Part shown: piece after piece, positions 37,201 through 49,200 of the stretch
How positions within the stretch are numbered: the first letter of the stretch is position 1
Layout of the letters: each line of letters opens with the position of its first letter
Assembly: GCF_036588685.1 (NCBI RefSeq)
Contig: NC_086381.1
Span: 52,328,001 to 52,392,000 of the forward strand
Reading direction: 5' to 3'
DNA length: 64,000 nt
From: Mytilus trossulus
Taxonomy: Eukaryota
Translations under genes and position numbers: made by a program
The notes under the pieces: generated by a model
Told to the model about the DNA's origin: nothing
The model's database searches: none
What the model saw: the letters and a program-made list of their open reading frames with translations, nothing else

Positions 37201-40200
37201 AATTAAGGAACTTTTTTCAAGGTTGCACATGAATTAAAAATGGCAAAACATGTTGCATGAAAATAACTGTTTACCACCCTCCTTGATAGATGTTATCTCA
37301 AAAATTAACCAGTGTGTCACTTTTTGATACTACTTTCTTGAACAAAACAATGAATGATCATTAATTCAACAACATTTTACTACAGGTGGTCCTTCAAGGA
37401 CAAATTGGAAATGGTTACCATGGTGATATTGCTATTGATGATATTTCCCTAACACCAGGATGTGAACAAGCACCCATAGGAAGTAAGTTATTTTTATAGT
37501 CAACTCTCCCAAAAACTCTCATCTTTTCAAATAATAAATGCACAATGATTTGACCCTATATTTAGGATATGTTCATGTAAATGGTTCAAAGGTAGTTTGA
37601 TAGTTTGTTCCAAATTTGAATAAACACCATTAAACACTTCTGCCAAAAAATAATTCTGCAGATTTGAGGGTTCAAAGGGAAAGATCACACATTTTATGAA
37701 TATATGATAGGTTTATGATTATAAAAGAGGCTCCCACAGGGTACCCCCCTTAGGTTGCAAGGTCGCTTTTAAATTCATCTAGAGGTCGTTTTTAAGTGAA
37801 ATGTACAGGTCGCAGGTCGTTTTTTCCCAACACAGAGGAAGGAAGTCGGTCAGAGGTAGTTTTTTCCAAATTTTACAGGTCGCAGGTCGTTTTTAGATGG
37901 CCATCAGGTCAAATGGCATCTAAAATGCCCAGAGGTCTCATAAAATCATGGTGAGAAAAACATAAATAGTTTTTAGAAAGAATATATTTATGCAATCTCT
38001 TTATGGTGAAGAAGAAAAGCATTTTATCTATGATGATTTATGACACAGGGTAAAGCAATATCAATATAATTAAAATGAGTAAGAAGTAAATATGATGATC
38101 TTATCTTGTAGCTGCATTACCAGGCCAACCTACCAGACCCCCAACAACCGTAGGAGCATGTGGGTCCAACCAACTCACCTGTGACAACGGTAACTGTTAC
38201 TCAGCTGATCAAAGATGTAACTTTATTGATGACTGTGGAGATAGCACCGATGAAAGATTATGTGGTAAGTGCACATAACATTTATAAGACAGCAAGTCAG
38301 CATCACAAATTTGCCAAAGTATCCTTATTAAACTACTAATGAAAGTAAATGTGGTAGTATACAAAAAGTTAATGTGAAAGCAACCTAAACACATTTAGCA
38401 TAAGTAATAGAAAAAGGTCAAGTACAGATTTTAGTGATGGACAAGTGGACACCAGACTGGTCACCATGAATCTTTTCAACTAATTCAACAGCACCAATTA
38501 AATTGTTGATTGAAGATTAATTATATATATGAATATCTGGTTCATGCTTACTAATAAAAAAAAATGATGACCCTGATTAACATTTGGTGCCAAGTTAGTA
38601 ATGTATTTTATTTAAATATATACTTTAGTGATCGCAATGTCATTACATGTACAACTCATTATGCAATTTTATTCCAGGAACAACTTGTCAATTTGAAAAG
38701 AGTACCAGTAGTCAATGTGGATGGAGAAACACAATTAGAGACAATATAAACTGGATACTAAATAGCGGTAAAACACCAACAAGCCGTACTGGGCCTATTA
38801 CTGATCATTCTGTGGGAACACCACAAGGTTTGTTATTCAATATATGACACTTAGTTTTTCAAAGAAATCTTCATAAGTCTTTTTTTTTTTTTTCATATTT
38901 GATGAAATTTTTTCTCTTGTCAAATATTATGCAAAAAGTTGTTGATATAGCATTAACATTTTTTTTTTCATTTAAATCTTTGTAATTTATAAGTAATTGC
39001 TCAGAAATCCAATGTTTATTTCTGTTTTCTAAGTTGATTTTTACACTTTGTGTTAAGTTGCTGATTTTTTTATGTGATACCTTGCATCTCTTTTTATTTA
39101 CATGTATACAAAACATATTTTCCCCGTTTTTTACAGGTCATTACATGTACGTGGAAGCAAGTGGTAGTCGTCTTGGTAACAAAGCCATTCTAATGAGCGA
39201 CATCTACTCTCAGTCCGGACCATCATGTACGATGACATTCTGGTACAACATGAATGGCAGGAATATAGGGACACTAAACATCATCCTGAAAAATGGTGCA
39301 GGACAAAACAATATCTTACAATCATTGACTGGAAACCAGGGTCCGGGATGGAAACAGTTGACAGTTCCGTTGCCAAGTTACAACCATTTCTCAGTATTGT
39401 TTGAAGCTGTCCAAGGAAATGGTTACCTTGGTGATATTGCAATTGATGATATACAGTTTAACAGCTGCGCTCCAAGTAAGTGGTATTTTAATGTAGAACC
39501 ACTGGCTGATTGCTGGTGTGTTTATTTATCAATTGTTTTTCATGAAAAATTATTTAAAGATAGGAAGTTCATATTTATTTGGGCACGAAACTTCATAAGA
39601 AGACATTTTTGTTTCAGACATGATAATGTGTAGTTATGATGATCAATTTGTACGTCATATTTCTTAATTGTTCAAGACATGTTCTAACGAGAGAACATTT
39701 ATCATGCTAATTAGTAAGGTCATGGATAGATTTAACTGATTTCATATTCCAACGGCTGGTTTAATTATGCTAATTAGGAAGGTCATGGGTAGATTCAACT
39801 GATTTTATATTCCAATGGATGGTTTAATTATGTTCCTGTCAAATTATTTTGCAGCTATTGAAGTAAAGTCTTGTCCAAACTCACAATTCCAATGTGCTAG
39901 TAAGACACAATGTATAGAAAGAAGATACAGATGTGATGAAAAGACGGATTGTAGTGATTCTTCAGATGAAGATGGATGTACCAGTAAGTATGATGAAAGG
40001 AAAGATTTTTTAAAACTAAAAAACAAAAGATCAAAGTTACTTTCTTTACCAAAATTGGTTTTTTTTCCCAATTTTTTTTTTTATCTTAATTATAGCAAAA
40101 ATAAATAAAGAGATATTGTATAATTGACTCCATTTTAAGGAGGATAATTTCTTTGAATAACAATATTACAATTAGAAAGAGAAGAAATATGATTCTTGTT

Positions 40201-43200
40201 GCTGTCCAACTTTGACCACAGAACTGGATAAACATGGAAAAACAAAATGACTTCTTTTTATTTTTAACAGCACCAGCACGAGGCGACTGTAATTTTGATA
40301 CCAATTTATGTCAGTGGACCCAAAGCCAGGACGATTTCTCAGATTGGGTATTAGGACAAAGCACACCAAACCCTAACACAGGACCTTCTGTGGATCATCT
40401 AGGATCAAACAATGGTAAGAGGTTCAGGCAGTAAACATATTCTATTTAAGAAATAATTCCATCAATTATTAAATGCTCTATATAGATATAGAAAGATGTG
40501 GTATGAGTGCCAATGAGACAACTCTCCATCTAAGTCACAATTTATAAAAGTAAACTATTATAGGTCAAGATAAGGTCTTCAACACAGAGTCTTAGCTCAT
40601 TTTTAACATGTATAGGCAGCAAGGTGTAAAATATGGTAAAATATAATGCCTACCCATGTTAAAATGAGCATAGAGCATGACATGAAGGAATTATTTCAAT
40701 TCTAATAGACAAATACAGTACTTTTAGGATGAAGCGTATGAAAATACCTAAAAAATGTTTGGCACAGTTTTGTACCTAACAAATTACAAATTTTCTTTAG
40801 GAATGTATTCAGACTTTCACTAAACCACAAAATCACACATCCACTAAAATGCAAGTTTTCCTCAATCCACGAAAATTGGTACGGCTTAAATAAAACTATC
40901 CACAGTACTCCTATAGACATCTCTGTTTATGTTTATTTTGTGATTTTTTTCAGGTCAATTCCTGTACATAAACAGTGCCCAGATGAGAGCCGGTGACACA
41001 GCTAAAATTAATTCTCCTACATTCCCGCCTAGTCGTGGGGTGTGCTATTTTAGACTATGGTACTACATGTATGGATCCTCTACCATGGGTCCTCTCAATG
41101 TAAGAACTATTGCTACATTAAATGAAGTAAAATCACAAAAATACTGAACTCCCAGGAAAATTCAAAAAGGAAAGCCCCAAATAAAATGACAAAATAAAAA
41201 GCTCAAACACTTCAAACGAATAGATACCAACTGTCGTATTCCTGATGTAGTACAGGCATTTTCTTATGTAGAAAATGGTGGATTGAACCTGGTTTTATAG
41301 CTAGCTAAACCTCTCACTTTTCTTGAGATGTTATATAAATAGCACAGAGCTGAGTGGATGATATACCAGATTATTACCCCAAAAAACATTGTCAGCCAAT
41401 ATAAATCAAAGGTTCATAATGTTCGAGGGTAACTTTTTGTTCTATCGCCCTCTCTGTCATATGCAGTTTAATTTATTATACTGAATGAGGGGGGATAGGA
41501 CCATCGGGACTCAGGGAGCGGTTGTTTTAAAGCTCGGGATTTGGGAATTGAGCCTTTCGGGATCTGGAATTCTTTTTTTTCGGATTTCGGGACCTGAGGA
41601 TTTCGTGTTTTTAAGGCTAGGATTTCGGGATCAGGACCCCTCCTATCCCCCTCCTGAATGTTCTGTTTTAAGTGTCTTTTAAATTTTAGATTTAATTAAA
41701 TAAACTATAACATCATATACACATCAAGTAAAGTGTTCAAATGATCAAATGTCTCTGAGAATTCCAATAGAATATAAGCCATGGGATATAGTAAAATGTT
41801 TCCCTCATATCAACCAATCAAAGTCAAATGAATTTTACAGTGAAATGTAATAATTCATAATTATATGCCATTATGTCAAGACACATTATTTTCTTTTGAT
41901 TAATTCATTGAATGAATAAGCACAGTTGTGGATATATCCAAACACAACAAAAACACATAAGTAATCTACAAAGGTCCACAAATGTTCAGTAACAATATAT
42001 GACTTTTTTGGTGTGCAAAATCTTTGATTACCATAGGTTAAAGTGTGTGCCAAATTAAATTTTGTGGATTGTGAATGAAAATCAATTATTATATTATGTA
42101 TAACATGAAAACATTCAATAAAAATATGGGTAAATTTTAGATTCCTGTCAAGTGGAATTTGATAAGTGCTGTATGATAATCTTTGATGGCGAAATTCTGC
42201 TACAGGATAGATCATGAATTTGAGTTAGGGCAATTGCAAGAGCATTTTAGGAGTGTACTTATTTTCTTTTTCTCAGCAATTAAGAAGTATACCTATTTTC
42301 TATTCTCAGCATTTAATTAAATTGTTTATCTTTTCTGTCTCAGCATAAGAAATACGGCCTCTTCTAGCTTTTATATGACAGAATGATAAACTTTCTCTTT
42401 GCAGATTTATGTCCAGAATGCCAATGAAACTAATACCCAATTATGGTGGACCAAGTCAGGAAATCAAGGCCCTTCATGGCAGTCTGTTAACTTGTTAGTA
42501 GGAAGTAGCCAACCATACCATATTGTTGTTGAAGGTGCAAGAGGTGACGAGGCTCAATCAGACGTAGCTATTGATGATGTTTCATTCACACCAGAATGTG
42601 CCACGGGCAGTAAGTCTACATTTTTAGACTTGAGACTATTCAGAGCTCGACATGTTGTAAAAACACCTGTTTTGATGAAGACTTTATGTTTTGCTTTAGA
42701 AATCCTTGGTTGCCTATTTCCTCTTGATGCTGTGTCAGTGACATGCCTACTTCTCTAATAATTGAAATATTTTTAAAAATGCCTTTCATGATCTTCCCAC
42801 ATCAGTTACTGTATCATAACAAAACTGTTCCCTGTGCTAAGACAATAGAGTTTGTTCTTTTATAATAGCAATGAACCCAATTTTTATCTAACAGGCATTT
42901 ATGTACTAGTATGGCGTTCATTATCACTGAACTAGTATATATTTGTTTAGGGGCCAGCTGAAGGACACCTCCGGGTGCGGGAATTTCTCGTTACATTGAA
43001 GCATTGAAGACCTGTTGGTTACCTTCTGTTGTTGTCTTTTCTATGGTCGGGTTGTTGTCTCTTTGATACATTCCCCATTACCATTCTCAATTTTATTTGC
43101 CCTTAAGAACTGCAAAGAAACATATTTTTATATCAAACAGGCTTTTTCCCTTTAATAGAATAACATTGAACCAAATTTTTTTTCCAAAAGACTTTGTTTG

Positions 43201-46200
43201 CCTTGTTACATATTCTAAAAATTGCCTGTTAATACATGTATTGAGATTTTTTACAAATTATTATATTTCTCATTTCTAGAACCATACCAGCCAATAAGCC
43301 ATCAATACTGTGGACGAGATACCTTCTATTGTAAACCTGTCAATCAGTGTTATCCCAACGCATGGAAGTGTGATTTTGTCAACGATTGTCCAGATGGAAG
43401 CGATGAGTTTGGCTGTCCTACAACACCTGCACCAACAGGTTTAAAACTCATTCTTATTTATCAAAAAAATAATTATATCAATGCAGTAATGTTACATAGA
43501 TATAGGAAGATGTGGTGTGAGTGCCAATGAGACAACTCTCCATCCAAATAACAATTTAAAAAGTAAACCATTATAGGTTAAAGTACGGCCTTCAACACAG
43601 AGCCTTGGCTCACACCGAACAACAAGCTATAGAGGGCCCCAAAATAACTAGTGTAAAACCATTCAAAGGGGAAAACCAACGGTCTAATCTATATAGACAA
43701 ACGAGAAACGAGAAACACGTTTATATTACATAAATGTTCATATATGTTCATATTTGATCTGTGTCAATTTATTAATGAAATGCAAATGACTTCATTCATA
43801 AAACCAAATAACAATCACAATGTGTTGTATGTGTAAATATAGTTTTACTTCCTATTTTCAACAGAAAAAACATAGCAAATTGCTGGTCAAAAGAATCTAT
43901 ATATACACATTCACAGATAAAGTATCAAGGATAAACTCAAAATACTGATTACTTAAAACATAGTGATGTCCTTTTAAGAGTGGGTCTCATTAGGGTCTAA
44001 GCGTGACATGGGATTGTCAATTTTTTGTAAGCGTGACACGTGAAAGTCATATCATTGTGTCATGAAAATGGGAAATGAGGTCTTACGGGACCCAGGAAAT
44101 GACAAAAAAATGAAAATTGCTTACATATATAGTGAAAGCGGGATACAGGAATCTGACAAAACAGTAAGTGGGATCCGGGATCGGAACCCCCCAATGAGAC
44201 CCCCTTAAGAGTGACTCTGTTGCTGAGTGGTTGAAGTAGTTCATCTGTGATCACTAGCCTGCCAAAACTGTGGTGGTAAGGTCATAGAGTTCATTGATTA
44301 CTAGTGTGGTACCATAGGAAAGAAATCATTATTTTTGTGATCACAAAACATATCAATGTCAATATGCTTACAATTTAAGTGTTAAAATTTCATTGATGTA
44401 ATATATGTTTTTTTGAAAGATAATAGAAGATGTGGTATAAGTGCCAATGAGACAACTCTCTTGTCCAAGTCATAATTTGTAAAAGTAAACCATTATAGGT
44501 CAAAGAAGTCTTCACAGTCTTCAACATGCATTGAATTATTTTACAGGTTCAACACTGAAGCCAGGAACTCCCTTAGTACCCAAAACCTTACCTACACCAG
44601 GAACAACAAAGAAACCTATGTCAACAGTGGCACCGACACTAACATGTAAAAAGACAGAAATGGCATGTGGATCTGGAGAGTGTATTGCTAGACTTTACAT
44701 GTGTGATGGAGTTAGTGACTGTAAAGATGGATCAGACGAACCAGCTAGTTGTAGTAAGTATTTATGGAATAACAGAGGGTCATAATAGGAATACCTTCAT
44801 TAAGAATAGTAGTAAAAAATCTTACCAAATGACGTTAATAATATATCTTTTGGTGTATGATGATTAAATGTACACTTTCTTCCAGACAATAAAAAATCAA
44901 CTTATTTTGATAAACATAATTATTTGAGAGATCTCACAATAAGAATGTTTAATCACAGTAAAACAATAAAATTTTAACCAGTTTGACCTAACCTTAGCCA
45001 AAAATGACCATTTGACTACTAACAGTAATGGGCATTCCTAACCACATTATAGTTCTGTTGTTGAAGAAATGCCGCCATCAGTTATAGATTTGACGGTCAC
45101 AAATGTAGTTTTACTGGAGACTGGTAGCATGTTGCTCTAGAATAGAATATCTATATCTAACAATTACTATGCATTCTGAATTTGGAAAAAATTCTCTTTT
45201 TTTCTGTCACATTACTTTTTCATGTATGTTCAGCATTATTTTTTTCAGTTTTTTTATCTGACTTACTTGACTTAACCACCTCGTCCCATGGCGGTCATAG
45301 GGCAACCACAGATTTATTATATAAAAACTAGATATTCTTCTTTTTTTGTTGTTATGTTTTGCAAATTACATTATGTTTTGTGTTTTTTCTTCAGTAAAAT
45401 GTCATGCTGGTTACTATTGGTGTAACAAACAAAGACGATGTATCAATGCTCCACGATGTGATTCTGTCAACAATTGTGGAGATTACACAGACGAGAGTTT
45501 ATGTGGACTGCCTGGACAAGGTACTATAACATTTAAAACTAAAATCAACAACATTCAATATTCCAAAAGACATTTTCAAAGTAGTTAATTTAACAGAATG
45601 TATTGATTTACACCAATCAAATATTTTTTTTATTAGAATTTTAGTCACAAAATATAGGGGTGCTTTATAGTTATTGGTTGTGTGACATCAACTGTGGAAT
45701 ATTTATGATATTATTCCAAACAAGACGCATTATCACAATTTGTGTCCCCTTGTTAGCCATAACAAATGTTATCGTAAAAATGTGATGACATAACAGAAAA
45801 AATATCTGATGCAACAGTGCAAAAATAATAATTATGTGATATCAACAGTTTAGATGTCACAAAATCTCAGGACAAGTGTTCAGATTTCAAAATAGGGATA
45901 TGGTCTATGCTCAAGTTGACCTTAAAAAAATGATATATGTTGCTTCTAAGCAAGAAAATATAGGACAGCAAGCACCAGGTCAAAAATGAAAATATGATAA
46001 AATAACAAATAGTCCATTATACACCACACAGGAACATTAAATAAAATATTATTATACAGTCCAACTTGGATTAGTGAAAGACAAGAAATCAAATCCTTTG
46101 TATGGGAGGAGAAGATTTAGATTTAATTTTGTTTTTGATAAAATTCTTCTGACAGATTTTCTGATGAGATATGATTGTATTGTTATAAGATTTAATCATT

Positions 46201-49200
46201 TATATAAAAATTGAATGCTACTTTTTGTTAATTTATTAGGGTGTAAAAGCGTTGACTGAAGTACATTTTGTATGAAGCGCAGAAGGACAAGTGATTTTAT
46301 TCAGTTTAATTTAATTCACCTGCGCACTTTATTGTGGGTCCTCGTGTCATCATGCATGATAAATTTTATTGTCTTATGAAATTGCTTACGGAATTACATG
46401 TGATGTGCAGTCAGCCAATCAGAATAACCTATTATAATGAAACATACATCTAATGTAATTATTTACAGGAGGAAGTTGTCCTCAGGGTTTCTGTAAAAAC
46501 TTTGGAACCTGTACAGCTAGTAAAACAAATGGAGCTTCTTGCAAGTGAGTAACTAACAATGAATTGATGTGGATTTACTTGGTACAATTTTCCATCTGAA
46601 TTTTTTAACTGTATAATGTCATTTCGACAAAAATTGTGAGTGAATATAAAGGAATGGACGAACATATGGTGTACTTAAAAAACTTACTGTCTATTACTAT
46701 GTTGACATTTTGAAAATAGAGATCAGCAACGGAAAATATGAATCATGCAATACAATATAATCATTCCTTTTATAATGTTATACCAGAAAAAAGATATGTT
46801 TATCGATTTCAATTTCATCTTTGTTATCATTACTTTAATAGTAACCTCTAAATTTTGAACATTAAAGTTACATTGAACAATATATTAGATTAAATAATTT
46901 TTTTTTGGACCAGATGAGCTGTATGAAAGCCGCCATTTTTTATCTGACATTATTTTCTATTTTTATTATTTATTACAGTTGTTCATCTAGTACTTTTGGA
47001 GATAGATGTCAGTACCAATTTGGAGCACAAAGTAACCCAGCTCCTCCCAAGAAAAATAGTATGTTATAAGTTTTGAAATAGTATACTTTAACACATCCTG
47101 TACCTTTAGGCTCATTTGTTTTCATTTCAAAAGTCTGTGGATTCATCATCATTCCTTGGATACCAATATTGGTTCATCTGTCACCGTAAAAAACTAGCGT
47201 CAATTATACACGCCTTTATGAAGTCATTTACCAGATAGAGGGGATTGCCTGTATCCCTGCACTATTAACGTTCATCAAGCACCTTAATGATCGTCATTGT
47301 GCATGATAAACTAGAAAGAATGGTTGTTCTGTAGGTACTTAATGACAATTGCCTAATGACAGCAGTGCTGATTGTCATTTTTGAGTATTCAATTTGCCGA
47401 ATAATTCGTACAATATAGAATTATGTTTTCCAACCACTCGCTCAACATTGGAATGGTAGTGACAACGCCCCTAAACGCACAAATGACGTTCACTAAAACC
47501 AGAGTTTTTGATAAATAAACCACAAAACTACACAATCAAATTTCTGCAAAAAATTGTACCCTGGAAAACCAATAAATCCACAGTACATGAACTTGCTGTC
47601 TCTTTTGTGTGCTGTATATCATAAAACAGAGAATTTTACCTATTCTTTTCACACATTAGAAAAAACTGGATTATTTTATGAATTACCACACATTTATACG
47701 CCCTCAAAAATATATATTCATTCGTGACAGAGAAAATGTTAATCACAAATTACAGGAATTTTACTTTAACATTATTTAGCCTATTCATTTACCTGACAAA
47801 CAATAAGATCTTTCAATCACTTTGTAAATGTTTTTTTTACTATTAAAAAGTGGTTAAAACTGAAGAAATTAATGTAGTATTTTCATAGGGAAAGTCATCC
47901 TAAACATGCATGAATTATGTGCAATTAGACATGAATCTTACAACCATCAATCCATATAGAAAGTATTGACCAGATAGTATCATCTTACGTTGCCTTCATT
48001 CTTCTGGTTAAAATTCTAAAATTGCCTCAAGTGATTATTTTATATGATTATGAGTATGATGTTGACTTATTGTAACATTGCTAACCTTATATTGGTGTTT
48101 CAGATGGAACAGCAATAGGAGTGGGAGTTACGGTAGCAGTACTAGCAATCGTTGGTTTAGTGGTTGGTGCATATTTCTTTACAAAGAAACGCAGAGAAAA
48201 GTATGTATATTAGGACTCTTCTGTAAAAACAATTTAGGAATGACTGTAGTATTTTTTCTGTCTATGAAGAAATAACATAAAAAAAATTGGTGCGCACTGA
48301 ATAACATGTAGCGGGTTGTTCAACAGTGTGTACTACATTTTTTATGTTATTTCAAATAGACAGAAAAAATATTACAGTCATTTCTTATAATTTAATTCTA
48401 AATTCCATTTTAATCTGTAGAAAACCATAAAAAATCGTTGATGACGTCACCGTTACATGATTAAATTATGTCTATGGGCTGATAACAAAACAACGTCAGC
48501 CAATCAAAAGACATGTTACATCCAAAATTAAATTATTCAGAAATATCAAAGTTCTCATGTCTTTACTGCACCAAATACTAAGTTGTAATAACTATTCTAA
48601 ATAGAGGAGGTTTCTAAAAAGTTTAAACTTTTAAGTAGATTTATTTTTTATGAAAGGTAAATAAATTTTAAATTGCCAATAAATTAAAATTTCTGCACAC
48701 TTAGGAATTTTATTTTACAATTGGTTTCACTTATTTATTATTATTTTTTTATGTCTGATGAATTTTTCATGGGGTAAAAGATAAAAAAAACTCCCCGAAA
48801 AACTTTTCCAAGGATATTTTCAAAATATCAATGATCTGGATTGTCTTAACTAAGTAATGATTTATTTTTTAGGCAATTTTCTGAACGTCTAGGATTCGGA
48901 CTATCTAACCCAAGTTATGATGGCGATGGTGATGGAAAAGATGTAAGTAATTCATAGGCATATTTACACTTCAATGCAAATTTTCTGACTTTAATTAACG
49001 AAAAAAAGTTTTTGCAACATTCTAAATCACAATTTTAAAACTTGGCTCCATAATTAAAAAGTGATTGTTGCATAATGAGACAACTCTAGGGCAGGGCTTC
49101 CAAAAAATATTTGAGCCATACAGAAATTTTATATCTGATCCCGATTTAATCCCTTAAGACTTAGTCACAAAAGGCAATTATGGTTATCATTTGGCTATTC

